DNA of 63,972 nt, the filler included, from Pelomyxa schiedti (lineage: Eukaryota; Protista; Evosea), in NCBI GenBank assembly GCA_020536535.1. It is 4 parts of 4 records of this genome, joined end to end, with 100 filler letters (N's around TTAATTAATTAA, not from the genome) between each part and the next. Parts side by side here need not be neighbours in the genome. Positions count along the whole stretch, not along the records: positions 1 to 29,984 come from JAHLWZ010000312.1; positions 30,085 to 53,238 come from JAHLWZ010001060.1; 2 more parts are not named here. One strand, given 5' to 3'. A program made the position numbers and the translations under genes. Of the stretch, positions 25,720-39,944 are shown piece after piece (the first letter of the stretch is position 1; the number at the start of each line of letters is the position of its first letter). Below the pieces are notes generated by a model that searched no databases, was not told where the DNA came from, and saw nothing but the letters and a program-made list of their open reading frames with translations.

Positions 25720-28149
25720 ATGAGCGCCACAACGCCGAAAAGCAGCACCACAATGGTGTGGGGCCTGTATGAAGATCTACCGCCTCCGACACAGACTGCT
25801 TCAGATCCCGTGAGTCAGTCGACCACTGCAGCCTCGAGTGCCCCGCAGTCGGGAACCACAAAGTCACGGTGGGGCCCACCCCCGGAGATTCTGAGTCAAC
25901 TGCCGCCCCCTCAGGCCTCGCCAGCATCTCGAAAACCACACAAGACCCCGTTGGCAGCTAATCCTGCATCCGCACCTACGGGGAGCGGCGGCGCGCAGTC
26001 AGTGAGCGCGCAAACAGCGGCTACGACGTCTACTAGTTCCGGGAGTACTCCTGTCACAAGGGCATCGAAGTGGGGCCCACCGCCGGTTCATATAGATGAC
26101 ACAAGCAATAAGAAATCGACACCTGAGTCCTCAGGTTTGTTCCCTTCCGAGTTAATCCTCTGTGAGGAGAAGAAAAATTACAGTCCTTCCTTTGTGACAC
26201 TTGTACAACATAGATCCCACAAAACCTGCTGGTGCACAGACACAAAGTTCAGTTGCGGCAACGGCAACCAAAACACCCAGCAACAATGCAAGCAGTACTA
26301 ATATCAACAGTAACACTTCAGAAATCTCAGAAGGTTAAAAACTTGTTTCTTATTGTCTTTCAAACCCATGTACTAAGGATGGTCTGCTGTCACAAAACTT
26401 TTGCAAGCCTCCACTGCAAGAAAAAAGGCTATGGCGCAGCAGCAGCCCACAAAAAAGAAGCCTAAGGTAATAAGAAATTGGTAATAGTATAAGAAAATAA
26501 ATGTCTTTAGGCAAAACCGGCTGGAACCCAGCAAACCACAACACAACAACAGCCACAACAAGACAAACCAGCAATACCAACTCAATCAGCATCTCTCTCA
26601 ATGGCAGCTATGCTCAACGATCTTGGTGCCGATGAAATACAAGACATGTATGACCCTGCGCGTCCAAATGACTACGAACTATATTGCGAGCATCGCAGAA
26701 TAACCCAGAAGAATATGCATATACTCCAGCAGCAAAAGGAGAAAGAGAAAGGTTTGTTCTATTGGATATTGTCCACCACTCTTTGCTGTGTTCAAGTGCA
26801 TCCACCTTTTTTTTTGTGCGCATCTTGTGTGGTGTTACCTTTCGTCAAGGTAGAAATCACACAACGGGATTGAACTAAACAACTGTTGCTTTAGAAGCAG
26901 ATGAAGCAGCATTAGATTTGCACATTTCAGGGGAGGAAGCTTGGCTGCGGTATTAATTTCTTTTCCTGCAACTTATTTCTCAATTGGTTATTAAACATAT
27001 TTTCAGGCGTGCTAGATTAAGTGGGAAAGCTCCTGAGCGGCCACCATCACCTCCCCCAGACAATAAAGACTCTTCAAATTTACCTACTGTGGACCCTGAG
27101 GATCTTATTGATGAAGAAGTAGACGGTACGTCACCCAGTAAGCTTTTCTCCTAATAATTCTTGATAGGCGAGCCTTGGGACCAAGAAGCATTCCCATTAA
27201 CAGAGGACACCACTGTGTATGGTGCCTTTTGTATTTCTCCCGTGCATTAATACGATATCCCAGGTTTGGAAAGGAATTCATAGATTTTAATCCATACGCA
27301 GCCTTCAACAAAACTGCAACTAAAAACACCGACAACAAAGCTGGTTTTGCAGTTAGGATCATGGCTAAAATGGGGTGGAAAGAAGGCCATGGTATCATAA
27401 TAAGTACGATTTTTTCCGTTCTAACATATTTCCCAAAGGTCTTGGCAAGCAAGAGCAGGGCATAAAGGCCCCCCTCGTTGCCAAAAAAACCGATCGAAGA
27501 AGTGGTGTTATAATAGAGAGCAAACCAATTTTGACAGTAAAAGGTTTTTTACAATGGTAGTAAATTCACAACAACCGGTAACCCTTCCCAGGAAAGAAAG
27601 CTGATGACACGACACACCCAAAATCCAGCAATGTACTCTTATTGACAGTTTGTTCCCCACCCAAACTCTGCGTCCTTCCCTTGTTATTTAAACCATAAGA
27701 TATTGGTTGAATTATAAATCCATGCTAATACAAAAGCGCACTTTATATGTTGCTTTCTTCTCTCTTGTGTTTGCTATGCAAAGAACATGGTCACCCCCGG
27801 CCAAGTAGATGCCGACTTGGAGGGTGAAGTTGCAAGAGAATGCGGAAAATATGGAGTTGTAGACAGTGTTTATATCAACGAGGTACCTGCAATATCACAT
27901 AGCTAATAATTTCTGATAACAACCCACAGACAAAGAACTCCAACTCTGAGGATGCTGTTCGTATATTTGTTAGTTTCGCCAGTGAGGAGGATGCCGCCAA
28001 AGGTTTCCCTCATTTACCTTCCCCAACCCCATTCACTCACCAAAAATGCAGCACAAAGTGCACTGAACGGCCGCTTTTTTGCAGGCCGTACCGTCCAGGC
28101 GAGGTTCTACGACGAGGAACTCTTTGCCCGTGAGGACTACACCGGTTAG
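25720..28149 (+). CDS. RBM17: Splicing factor SPF45/RBM17 (G-patch + UHM RRM)
   Basis: GLYEDLPPP, YDPARPNDYE, IMAKMGWKEGHGLGKQEQGI, NMVTPGQVDADLEGEVARECGKYG, LNGRFFAGRTV. Confidence 0.92.
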
Positions 28150-28229
28150 ACAATAGCACCATAAAACCTATTCCCCAGTACCCACACGTATTTTGAAGTT
28201 CGTCTTTTTTACGACACATAGCATAAGAA

Positions 28230-29244
28230 ATGATGAGGAAAGTTGTTGGGATTTGTGCGTTGGTGTTGGTGGTTCATGGTGTTTTGTCCGCAACACAATG
28301 CAATGACAAGTACTCTGTGTACATTTTCGATACCTCAGATAACGTGAGCCGTTTTGCCTGTCAAAGCCAGTGGTGCATTTTACTTATGTTTTTTTGCTGT
28401 GCTTGTTTGTATGAGGGTTTTGGCTCATTTTGGCTGCCAGCACGAGTTCTGTGTTGATATTTATGAAGGTGCTTTGGAAGTACTACTGAGCAATGGGACC
28501 TGGGTTACACGGCCACCATATGGACCCCTCAATTCAACAGAAACGGTCAGGGCTATTGTGGCTGTTGGGACTCCACCTGTGGTGAGTAAATTGCACTCTT
28601 GAAAAAGGTTCAAAAACCTATTTGCCAGGGTTATATATCAGGCCAAGAGGCTGAGAAAGCATGCCAAGCATCAGGAAAAAGACTATGTACATCTTCTGAA
28701 TGGCTGCTGGCTTGCCAGGGGCCCCTGGGATACACTTACCCTTACGGCAATACTTTCATTGAAGGAGCTTGCAACATAGAATATGATGTTCCGCCGTTCT
28801 ACCACCCTGTGTGCAATTTGTACAACACGTGTGATGGGGTATGTTGCATTGCACAGTCCATTGTTGTTAACAAAAAAAAAAAGGTATGGGATGACACTCA
28901 CATGAATAACCCAGAAATCAATGAGCAACCGGACACTGTGGCAATGGGGGGCCAATTCTCACAGTGTATGAGCACATATGCGGCATTTGATATGCACGGT
29001 AACCTACATGAATGGTGTGCACTGGATACAGGTGCCACGAATGGGGTCTTCAGAGGCGGTTACTATGTTGATGGTAAGTAAGACCTTTTTTCTAACCATA
29101 AACCAACTTATGCCGAAGCCCACTCAATATCCCTTAGGAACACTTAATGGACCTGGTTGCTTGTATAAAACAACAGCACATGCATTCACATACCATGACT
29201 ACAGCACAGGATTTCGTTGTTGTTCAGACACAACTACACAGTAG
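28230..29244 (+). CDS. Secreted formylglycine-generating enzyme (FGE/SUMF1) family domain protein
   Basis: Signal peptide; GKRLCTSSEWLLAC, YPYGN, FDMHGNLHEW, FRGGYY, GFRCC. Confidence 0.88.
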
Positions 29245-29315
29245 AAGCAAAACACAAAAAACCACAGCCACTCTCGTTTTTACCGCCGGGTTTTCCTTCC
29301 TCTCCAAACAAAAAG

Positions 29316-29399
29316 TACAGTCGGCTTGAGATTCGAACTAGCGACGTCCTGCCAACCAGGCCCCCAAAACTGACCTGTCTTGCCCTTAGGCTAAGATGC
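29316..29399 (-). ncRNA. tRNA-like Pol III-type unit or SINE head, copy 1
   Basis: Minus strand has A-box-like TAGCCTAAGGG, B-box GTTCGAATC and a T-run directly after; 83/84 nt identical to copy 2. Confidence 0.5.
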
Positions 29400-29489
29400 A
29401 ATTCATAGAAACCAGAAGTTCGGCCCCAAGGAGTTAGAAGCTGACGGTCCAGAGATAAGAAAAAAAACACCATAAGAAAAACAAAAAAC

Positions 29490-29573
29490 TACAGTCGGCT
29501 TGAGATTCGAACTAGCGACGTCCTGCCAACCAGGCCCCCAAAACGGACCTGTCTTGCCCTTAGGCTAAGATGC
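29490..29573 (-). ncRNA. tRNA-like Pol III-type unit or SINE head, copy 2
   Basis: As copy 1; 174 bp period. Confidence 0.5.
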
Positions 29574-29984
29574 TTTCAGGGGGTTAAGCCCACACGTCGG
29601 GGCATTTATTACGAACTTTTTACACTGAGAACGACAGAGGGGGATTGGCGGTGTAGGTGTCTGCTACGGTGTTGCGTTGGGTTCTTTTTTGGTTTGCGCG
29701 ATGCTTTGTTTGTTTTGTTGTTGTGTGTTTGGTTTGACGGTGGTTTGACGGCTACTGGTTATACTGGTTTAAGTGAAGGTGGGTCTGCGGTTATACTTTT
29801 GTTCAAGGTGGGTCATATTGCTGGTATCTCGGGTGGACGACGGCTGCTTTTTGGATAACTGCTTGGGTTGACAACCCCAGAGCCGAGCGGACCTCCACTC
29901 GCGCAAGCTCTTGCGGGAGTGTCGAGGTGTGGAAATTGTAGAGTCCGACGAGGGTTTTTGCTGCTGTCTTAGCAGAGTCCGGCG

Positions 29985-30084
29985 NNNNNNNNNNNNNNNN
30001 NNNNNNNNNNNNNNNNNNNNNNNNNNNNTTAATTAATTAANNNNNNNNNNNNNNNNNNNNNNNNNNNNNNNNNNNNNNNNNNNN
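29985..30084. other. Artificial scaffold-joining linker N44-TTAATTAATTAA-N44
   Basis: 12-mer with stops in all six frames centred in Ns; identical at 53239-53338 and 62588-62687. Confidence 0.97.
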
Positions 30085-30143
30085 AAAAAAAAAATTGGAA
30101 AACACAACACAACAGAACGACGGTTCACAGGAACTCACTCAAC

Positions 30144-31087
30144 ATGACGAGTGTGGACCCTGAATAGTGTGTTTCTATTTGACAATGCCGAAGTCCCCTC
30201 ATTTCCTTTTCTTTTTTTGAGCAGTGACTACTTGTTCAAATTGTTGGTGGTCGGTGAATCTGGAGTTGGCAAAAGTACCTCCATCGCAATGTATTTGCAT
30301 AGTATCAACTCATCAAAGGTTGCCTTTTGCTGCGATTTGTAGATGACACATTCACTGAGAGCTACATCAGCACAATTGGTGTGGACTTCAAGATCAAAAC
30401 AATTGAACTGGACTCCAAGACAGTCAAGCTCCAAATTGTATGACCAGGAACTTTATATAGAATCTTATTCTTTCACACTTACTTTGGAATGTAGTGGGAC
30501 ACAGCAGGACAAGAACGGTTCAGAACCCTAACAAGTTCTTGTATGTAGGATTACCAATAGATTCTCCTCAATCTTGCACACTGAACTTTTTTTTTTTTTT
30601 TTTTGCAGTCTACCGAGGCGCGCATGGAATACTCATTGTGTATGACATAACAGATGTGGTGTCATTCAACAACCTCAGACAATGGCTTCAAGAAGTCGTC
30701 AGTTATGCTGACGCCACTGCAAATAAGCTGATGGTTGGAAATAAGGTATCTTACAAACCCCGTATTTTATTCCCTGATCACCAAAAACACAGAGTGACCT
30801 CGCAATCAAGAGAGCAGTTGAGTTCAGCACGGCAAAGGAATTTGCTGATGAACTCGGAATCACATTAATGTACAGTTTCCACTCTACTCATTATTATTTG
30901 CACTCATTCTTTCCATAGAGAGACATCAGCAAAGAACTCAACCAATGTAGAGCAGGCATTCTTTAAAATGGCGGCCGAAATAAAGAGCAAAATGGGGGGC
31001 ACAGTATCACCACCACCACAGGCAACTGTTATTGTGAAAAGTGATGCCATACAAGTGCAGTCAACAAAAGGTTGCTGTGCCTCTTGA
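30144..31087 (+). CDS. RAB1: Rab1-family GTPase, 7 exons (left arm)
   Basis: [61 protein letters not shown]-terminal GCCAS. Confidence 0.93.
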
Positions 31088-31223
31088 TTGGAATGTAGGA
31101 TTAGGACTCACCAACGTGTTATACTCCATTATCACCACACAGCTAAAATGCGTACAGGGCATAAAAGAAACAAGGAAGTACTTGTTTTTTTTCTCAAAAA
31201 CGATGGAAACAGAATATTTCAAT

Positions 31224-33140
31224 TCAAGGTTTGTGGGTATGCAGTTGTGATACTAGCTGGGAAATTGTCTCATGGTTTCCAATGGCAATATCCCCGCCTG
31301 TTATTTATATGTTGGTGGTTATTTCCGGTGACATCAATAGTATTTGGGCTTACTGTCTAAGCCGGTAACATTCAGGTTCGCGTTTTTCAAGCACTCAAAT
31401 GCATATTGACAGTTGATCATGTTCTGGTAGATCTGTGCACAGAATGTTAGCCAGAGGTGGAATATACATGGCACTCACGTTTATTTGTCTCTTGCCAGTG
31501 GGAGCTCCTCCAGCACGTTTCCAATCCACTAGGCCAGGATGTGTCTTTTCCAGAATCTTTTCAACTAAGTAAGATGGGAGTGCAGGTTGTCTTGGGCCGG
31601 TACCCGGAGGAACATGATTCCGTCCTTGAAAGAGTCATAGAAATTTTCTGGTGCCAATTGAACTGAAAGAAGAGAGGCAATCCACTGTATCCATATGTTC
31701 ATCCTTGTGTTTTTTTTTAAGAGCGGTATGGAATAAATGAAAACAAGAGTACTCTGATTGAGAATCATGCGGTGGCGCCACTGTTTTAGGATGCTGAGAA
31801 GACAGTTAGTGTGACATGAACTTAGATACAGTTCTTACAGCTATTAGCTGAGCGGCTATCGCGGCTTTCTTGAAAACTTGTCGTGTATTGGGAGTGGTTG
31901 CCGGGAATGTTGTGCTGTGACTCATATGAGGCGGTGGAGATCGCCCCGGCGGCGGACTTTGTATGTTTGGTTTTAATGTAGACGCACTTTTATTGGGGAA
32001 AATGGCTCCCGTCTCAGGCCTGAATTTTTCAAGTTAGGGAATAAAACTTGGTGTTTGTGGTATGCGTACCTATGGTGATGTATCGCAGCCAGTTGACTAC
32101 GCAAGGCATCTACTTGTTTCTGCAGTTCCAGGCGAGTTTGCCGCTCGAGGAGTAATTCGTCTCCACAGGCATTCACTCTGGCACGGAGAATGTCTACCTC
32201 AGCCAAGGCTGTTGAATGAGCAGCAGTGGTAGAGGAAAGTGTTGTGTTGAGTTGAACGACGTTTTGCTTGAGAGTATCTATTTCTTGTTGTTGTAGTTGC
32301 ACCTGTTGCTGATGTTTCTGTTGGAGTTGAAGTTCAAGGTTTTTCTCATATTCAGCTTTCATATTTTCACTGTTTGTTAATAGCACTGTGAGGTCCTTGT
32401 CGTTTTTGGTAACAAGAAGAGAGGGAAGTGAGGGAGCCGAGGGAAACGCCGCAGCTCCCTGGTGCCGCTCCTCTGATATTATGTTAATGTAAATTGCCTC
32501 ACAACAAGAAGAAAAAACCTATCGATATGTGTATGTTATGAATGTTGGAGTACGCATTACTTCCTCCTGTTGGTCTTCTCACCACCTCTATACGAAAAGT
32601 AAATGTGGGCCGCTGAAAAGTAAGAACCAACAGCAACAGCAACAACAACAACAACAACAACAGCAACAAGCACGCACGCCCGCATAGATGCAAGACCATC
32701 CCCCCAAAAAACAACAAAAAATATTGCTGGGGCACAAGCCAAATTCCACGCAACTCACCCGTAACAGCATCCTCGCCCCCATAATCGCGAACATCATCAT
32801 CACCACTACCACGCCCCGATTTCCGCCCGCCAGTCGCAGCGCAGTAAGTGGGCCCCCCCGCCATCGTCGTCGTCGGCCTGGTCAGCGAGTCCGCGGCCAC
32901 CGTCACCCTCGTGCCCCCCATGCCCATGCCCATGCCCATGCCCCCCATGTCGACCACCGCGAACAGGCACACCCGCCGGCACTGCCCAACCCCCAGGCAC
33001 GCAGCCAGCAGCGCCCCCACGTAGTCTGTGCTGGTGTACTTGCCCGTCCCTTCGGCCTCGCCCTCCCCGTCCCCTTCGCAGACGTAGCCACCGCGTACGT
33101 ATCGATAGCACGTGCTCGTGGTTGCTGTGGTAGACGTCAT
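31224..33140 (-). CDS. Coiled-coil protein with C-terminal calponin-homology domain (left arm; start uncertain)
   Basis: Q/E-rich coiled coil, then WIQWIASLL..FYDSFKDGIMFLRLLEKI..NCQYAFECLK..GDIAIGN. Confidence 0.65.
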
Positions 33141-33341
33141 CGCGTGGTGATGGTGACAACAAACCCCGGCGTCGCGGCGACCGTTCAACGCGGATCGCGT
33201 GGATCTGCTTTGATATTGGTTTGATGTTTTCTCCTTCTCTGTTACTCCATCCAATGGTTTGGTCTGACCAGCTGCAGTTCCTCAGGGAAGAGGGAACGCT
33301 GTGGAGGAGCAAAGGGTACGATAACAAAGTAAGTTGGTTGT

Positions 33342-36300
33342 ATGGCAAGGCTTCCCAACGTAGGGACCGTGTATCGGCTCCCCGACGGATCGACGTACGA
33401 AGGGGCGTCCCTGAACAACAAATTGCACGGCCGCGGGCGCCTGTGCCGCCCCGACGGGAGCACCCACGACGGGGAGTTCGTGGCGGGCAACCGCGACGGC
33501 TGGGGCGTGGCGTGCTGGCCCAGCGGCGCGCGGTACGAGGGCCTGTGGCGCCACGACCACAGGCACTGGGGGACCGCCCACGCCGCCAACGGCGTGGACA
33601 TCTACGTGGGCCGCTGGGCCCTGCCCCCGCCCCCCGCGGTCGGCCCCGGGGACCCCACGAAGCTGCACGGCTGGGGGGCCCACAAGAGGCGGCAGCAGCA
33701 GCAGGGGGCCAAGGGGGGCGGCGGCGGCGGCGCCGCGGCGACGGTGTACGAGGGGCAGTGGGACATGGGGGAGATGCACGGGGAGGGCACGTGGGTGTGC
33801 CCCGACACCGGCGACGTGTACCGCGGCGACTTCGTGTGGGGGAAAAAGTGCGGGGTGGGGGCGATGATGTTCAGGGACACGGGAGGGGGCCCAGGGGGAG
33901 GGGGAGGCCGTGGGCGGGGGGGGAGCTACTCTGGGCTGTGGAGGGACGACTTGTTCCATGGGAGTGGCGTGAGGATGTGGGCCGACGGGGCGAGATACTG
34001 CGGGGAGTGGGAGATGGGGAAGGAGCACGGGGAGGGGACTTTGACTGTGCCCGGGGACGGTACCGCGATCTCGGGGACTTGGGAGAGGGGCGTACTAATA
34101 ACGGGCACCAAGAGGTGGCCAAACGGCGACGAGTTCACGGGCAAGTTCACGGACGGCGGCAATTGCGGGGAAGGCACCGCCACTTTCCGGAGCGGGGGTT
34201 CCAGAATCACGCACAAGCTCACGGGAACGCTGCGGAATGGCATCTTCCTGGAAGAGCCTGGAGGTAGGTCTTGTGCCATCGGATATGGTAGCATGCTGTT
34301 GGAGGTGTGTGTAACCTATATATTTATCACTACACATTCTTGTTCTCCAGGACAAAGTGAGAATGTTAGAAAATGAAATCCTTCAGCTCTCACAACAAAA
34401 CAAAGAGCTCCTTGCAAAAGCCACAAAACCAACAGAACTTCGAGCACTTCAACAGAAGCTTGAGGAACAATCAAAATGTATTTATGTATAATCAATATAA
34501 TCTTACCCACCTCCTCACTTCTTTTTTTCCCAATAGTGATGGAAATTCGAGCAAAAGAGTTCAAAGACCAAGAAGATAGTATCTGAGGTGTTTATTTAAA
34601 CTATCTTAAACTGCACAGATATTGATCACACCTTGCAACACATTCAACGAGGAGTTTGGGTGAAATCCATTTCCCAAGAAACAAGAGGCACAAGAGAGAG
34701 TTGCGTGATGAAGCAGATTGAAGTCACATTGGAAAGGCATAATATTACATTTCAGGAATCCTTTTGCTGCCGGTGTTCACTGGATAAGGTAAAACACAAA
34801 CAATAACTCAACTCAAAACATCAAAAAATAGATTGTGAAGATGGCAGTTGAAAAGCGGTTTGGAGTGGATGAGAAACAACAGGTTGTTTCTCTGGCTGTT
34901 GTTGGTGTTAAAGGCGGTCTATACCAACTCTCACTCTCCGGTACATCAACGACATTGTTTAATGTGATATCCCTTCTTCCGCCAGCCCCTCTCAATTCAG
35001 GTCACTCTCTTCTGTTTGCGGAAATGACAAAATAACCCAAAAAACCAGGAAAAGGAGTAGTGGCACGGCTCAAGGTTACCATGGTGCCTGTGATGACAAT
35101 CAATGAGTCGGACTTAATGTATGTCTCAAGATTGGGAAGTGGGTCATACGGAGCAGTTTTCAAGTACATCCACGTTTCGTCATCACGAGAAGTTGCAGTG
35201 AAAACACTTCACGAGGAGATCATATCCGATTACAATGTTGATAGGTTCCGGCTAGAAGCAGAAGTGAGCAAAACCGCTAAAAAAACCTATCACTAAATCC
35301 AATAGATTGTCAGTAGTTTACAGCACCCAAACATTGTAAAGTGCATTGGAACATGCACAACGCGTTCTGGGAGACTACAGATTGTGTCCGAACTCATGTG
35401 TTGCAGTCTGAGACAGTTTCTTTGCCAGGTTGAAACCAAATATATACCATTCAACTAACAAACTCAACAGAAACGACTCAACTTCAAAGAAGTAGTTGCA
35501 ATTGCACTTGGTGTAGCCAAGGGAATGGACAGCCTGCACCAGTGTGATTGTACCACATTTCCTGAAAAAACTCACATTTCACAGGCAGAACTACATGCAC
35601 CGGGACCTCACCAGCAACAACGTACTTCTGGATTTGAATGGTTCTCCCAAAATTTGTGATTTTGGAGTCTCCCGGGACATGTATCGTAATGGACAAGCTA
35701 CAAACACACCACAAAACCAGCAAACGCGAGGTCCTGGTACTCCAGTGTACATGGCCCCCCAAATGCTAACAAATCGCTACACAATGAAAGGTTTTTCCTT
35801 TTCGACTTATTTTTTCTAATTTCATCTCCAGGTGACCTGTGGGGATTTGGAATTCTTGTGACCGAAATGATCCACGGTAAAGTAGTTGATTCCACCTTTG
35901 GAATGCTTCCTCTTCAGTCACAAGCAACTTTCTTATCTGACCAGAAAATATTGCTTCCACCTCCCGACATTGAAGGTAACACTTTGTTTTTTTCCCATGT
36001 TACCACAAATCAAGAAACCTAATTTTAAAAACAGAAGTGAATATACTCTGCCGGGAAGCTGGCGAATCAGCAATTGCCCACTGCCTCAGCAGAAGAAATG
36101 CATCCCTGGAAACTGTGAACAATCTCGTGCACTCCCCCGAATCACCATTTCTGCTATTAGACGGGACTACCCCTGGCACCGCCACTGACTTACTCACCCT
36201 TGTTATACAATCCTGCCTCTCCATTCTTGGTATGTGCCTTTTCCAAGTACCATTTTCTCATACTGAACGCCACAACAACAGAGAAAAACCGGGTGCCGTT

Positions 36301-36532
36301 CACAGTGATAGAGAGCCTGTTGTTCAGCTGTTGCAAAATAGTGGCAATTCCATTCCTCTGTAGCAGTTCACCCAGCAATTCCCAGCCAAACAACAACGCA
36401 ACACCCATCAATCAACAACAACCAGCACCACCCATAGTGGCAGTCACAAATGAACAAGTTACAGAGAGAATCACACAATGGTGCTCATCCCTGTCCCCTT
36501 TCATTGCTATTATTTCCTCCTCATCACACTGA
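33342..36532 (+). CDS. MORN-repeat + TKL-type protein kinase (left arm)
   Basis: Many YEGxWxxxxxHGxG MORN repeats; LGSGSYGAV, VAVK, HPNIV, HRDLTSNNVLL, DFGVSR, GTPVYMAPQ, DLWGFG. Confidence 0.9.
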
Positions 36533-36602
36533 TCAAAATGGAAAATAAATGTAATAGAAGACCGGTAAGGTGATAGTGTGTTGTGTCCAACTTGGTGTTT
36601 GT

Positions 36603-38804
<2,202 letters not shown>

Positions 38805-39079
38805 TGCCGTGCGTGACTTTATTTTTTTTTTTTCCCTCTGAGATCTCGGCTCTGTTTTCGTTTGACACAACGTTTGAACTTCAAAAAAGTGACACCGTTC
38901 GAATGTCTAAGGCAAACGAGTTTTCTTGCTGTTTTCTCTCTGAGATGCATAGAACTGGTTCTATCTGAACTAAAAGGCGATAATAGGGTTTGTTGTGTTT
39001 GTTTTTAATTTTGATACAAGCAAGGTAATGTTGGTTGTGGTGTGTGCGTGGAATGTCCCTCCTTGGCAATCATGACTGC

Positions 39080-39638
39080 TTAGTAGTATCCCATTGGATA
39101 AGCGCCTCCCATTGGGTAGCCTGTAGCGTAGCCTGTTCCCATCGGATATCCTCCCATCGGCATGCCCATTGTGGGTGGGTAGGCGCCCATCATTGGTTGC
39201 GCCATCATCGGGGGTGGCATAGCTCCCATCATAGCGGGGTTCATCATAGGGTTCATAGCTGCAGTTGCCGCCATGTTTGGGTTATTGATCATCGCAGTGG
39301 TAACAGCTGTCTGCACAGTCGCTGCATATTTGTGATAAGTGAGTACAATATTATTATGACTAAATACGGCGACGTCATAAGTAAAAAGTAAGCAATATAG
39401 AGGAGTGTTTGATAGTTGACCTGACGATAATAATCGTATTAATGCGGTATTTTGTATTCATGTTTTTTTAATAGTATCATGTCACGTAATTGTATTTAAT
39501 TTCGTCATCGTAACAACCTTGGTTCTTTAGCATTGCGGCCTCGGCCTCCAGTTGCATCGCGACGCGTGCGTGTTTTGCCTTTCTCTCCATCTTGGCCTCG
39601 CCGTTGAGCTCTTTGAATACACTCTTGCCGAACCCCAT
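39080..39638 (-). CDS. Small Met/Pro/Gly/Tyr-rich protein, 2 exons (left arm)
   Basis: Mirror of 43407..43965. Confidence 0.7.
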
Positions 39639-39944
39639 CCTTGTATGTTTGGTTTGTTGCTGTTGTCGGAGAAACCGTACGGAGCCGAGCGGTGTTATTG
39701 TTGTTGTTTGGTTTGTGTTTTCTTTTGCTTTCGATATTTTTCCTTGCAAGATCTGTTGCGCGGTTGAGGCTTTTTTTGGGTTTCGATCATTACAGGACTC
39801 GCGGTTGTTGGGAAGGGTGTCACTCTCTGCATCTCCATGTACCAGTGCCACACCCATTTGTCATTGGTGCCATACTCATCCCATTACAGCTCAATTGGTC
39901 TGCCATTTGGCTGAAGAAAAAAAGTCCATACCATCAATCCTTAA

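Noticed and set aside
29376-29399. Resemblance of tcttgcccttaggctaagat to U2 snRNA stem I
   Set aside because: The branch-point recognition GTGTAGTA and the Sm site do not follow
29316-29573. Repeat-spacer-repeat as a CRISPR array
   Set aside because: Only two 84-nt units, eukaryotic context, no cas genes
29565-29579. CTGAAAGCATCT resembling the LSU rRNA 3' region or a hammerhead core
   Set aside because: Match too short; no flanking rRNA similarity and no CUGANGA/GAAA geometry
30029-30040. TTAATTAATTAA palindrome inside N runs (also 53283 and 62632)
   Set aside because: Six-frame-stop linker used to concatenate contigs; adjacency across it has no biological meaning
32628-32668. Poly-Cys or poly-Leu ORFs
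   Set aside because: CAA/TTG microsatellite, probably intronic
33221-34267. Long overlapping and antisense ORFs over the MORN exon (also 57467-58084 and similar)
   Set aside because: Shadow ORFs caused by high GC content; no motifs
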